Source of the DNA: Basidiobolus ranarum
Lineage: Eukaryota
Reading direction: 5' to 3'
DNA: 20,000 nucleotides
Assembly: GCA_040143965.1 (NCBI GenBank)
Contig: JASJQH010006879.1
Span: 52,868 to 72,867, forward strand
Shown here: piece by piece, positions 19,728-20,000 of the stretch
How positions within the stretch are numbered: the first letter of the stretch is position 1
Layout: each line of letters begins with the position of its first letter
Notes under the pieces: model-generated
Told to the model about the DNA's origin: nothing
The model's database searches: none
What the model saw: the letters and a program-made list of their open reading frames with translations, nothing else
Program-made: the position numbers and the translations under genes

Positions 19728-20000
19728 TCAGAATTTCAAACTATCTAGAAACTCGGCGATGTACTTGTTACACAGATCGGGTTGCTCAATAAGAATCCAA
19801 TGAGTACTATCTTCAATATGCTCTCTCTTTAAGTTAGGGATATATTGAGGCATGTGATCTGAGAGTTTTGGAAGCAATACTTTATCTTTGCCTGCAGTAA
19901 CCATCATTGAAGGGACATTGATGGTGGTGGGCAGACCTTTCTCATCTTCCCAGTTAACTCTAGTCGTACGGTACCAGTTCAATCCACCATGGAACCCTCG
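19728..20000 (-). CDS. Epoxide hydrolase-like protein, copy 3, C-terminal part only (runs off the window)
   Basis: RGFHGGLNWYRTTRVNWEDEKGLPTTINVPSMMVTAGKD...STHWILIEQP...LDSLKF is a close paralogue of the C-terminus of copy 2. Confidence 0.88.
   Translation of the reverse strand, partial: RGFHGGLNWYRTTRVNWEDEKGLPTTINVPSMMVTAGKDKVLLPKLSDHMPQYIPNLKREHIEDSTHWILIEQPDLCNKYIAEFLDSLKF

Overview
AT-rich, gene-dense eukaryotic DNA with many short GT-AG introns (about 52-72 nt), most consistent with an early-diverging fungus (inference from intron size and gene content). I spliced the gene models by hand. In order: a Pus3/Deg1-type tRNA pseudouridine synthase (+); UBC12, the NEDD8 E2 (-); three tandem, intronless, very short perilipin/PAT-domain genes (-); a 320-aa protein with an unusual F-box + ZnF-UBP + DUSP architecture (-); MET22/HAL2 (-); a six-blade kelch protein whose exons match the blades (-); a Yfh7-like P-loop kinase (+); a 32-bp minisatellite; a secreted phosphoesterase (+); and a tandem array of at least three epoxide-hydrolase-like genes (-). 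The two complete hydrolase copies carry a signal-peptide-like first exon that the ORF track misses. The best novelty candidate is the F-box/ZnF-UBP/DUSP gene, which looks like a USP20/33-type deubiquitinase lacking its catalytic domain and carrying an SCF adaptor. The secreted sEH-like array and the minimal perilipin cluster come next. No rRNA, tRNA, CRISPR array or transposon was recognised.
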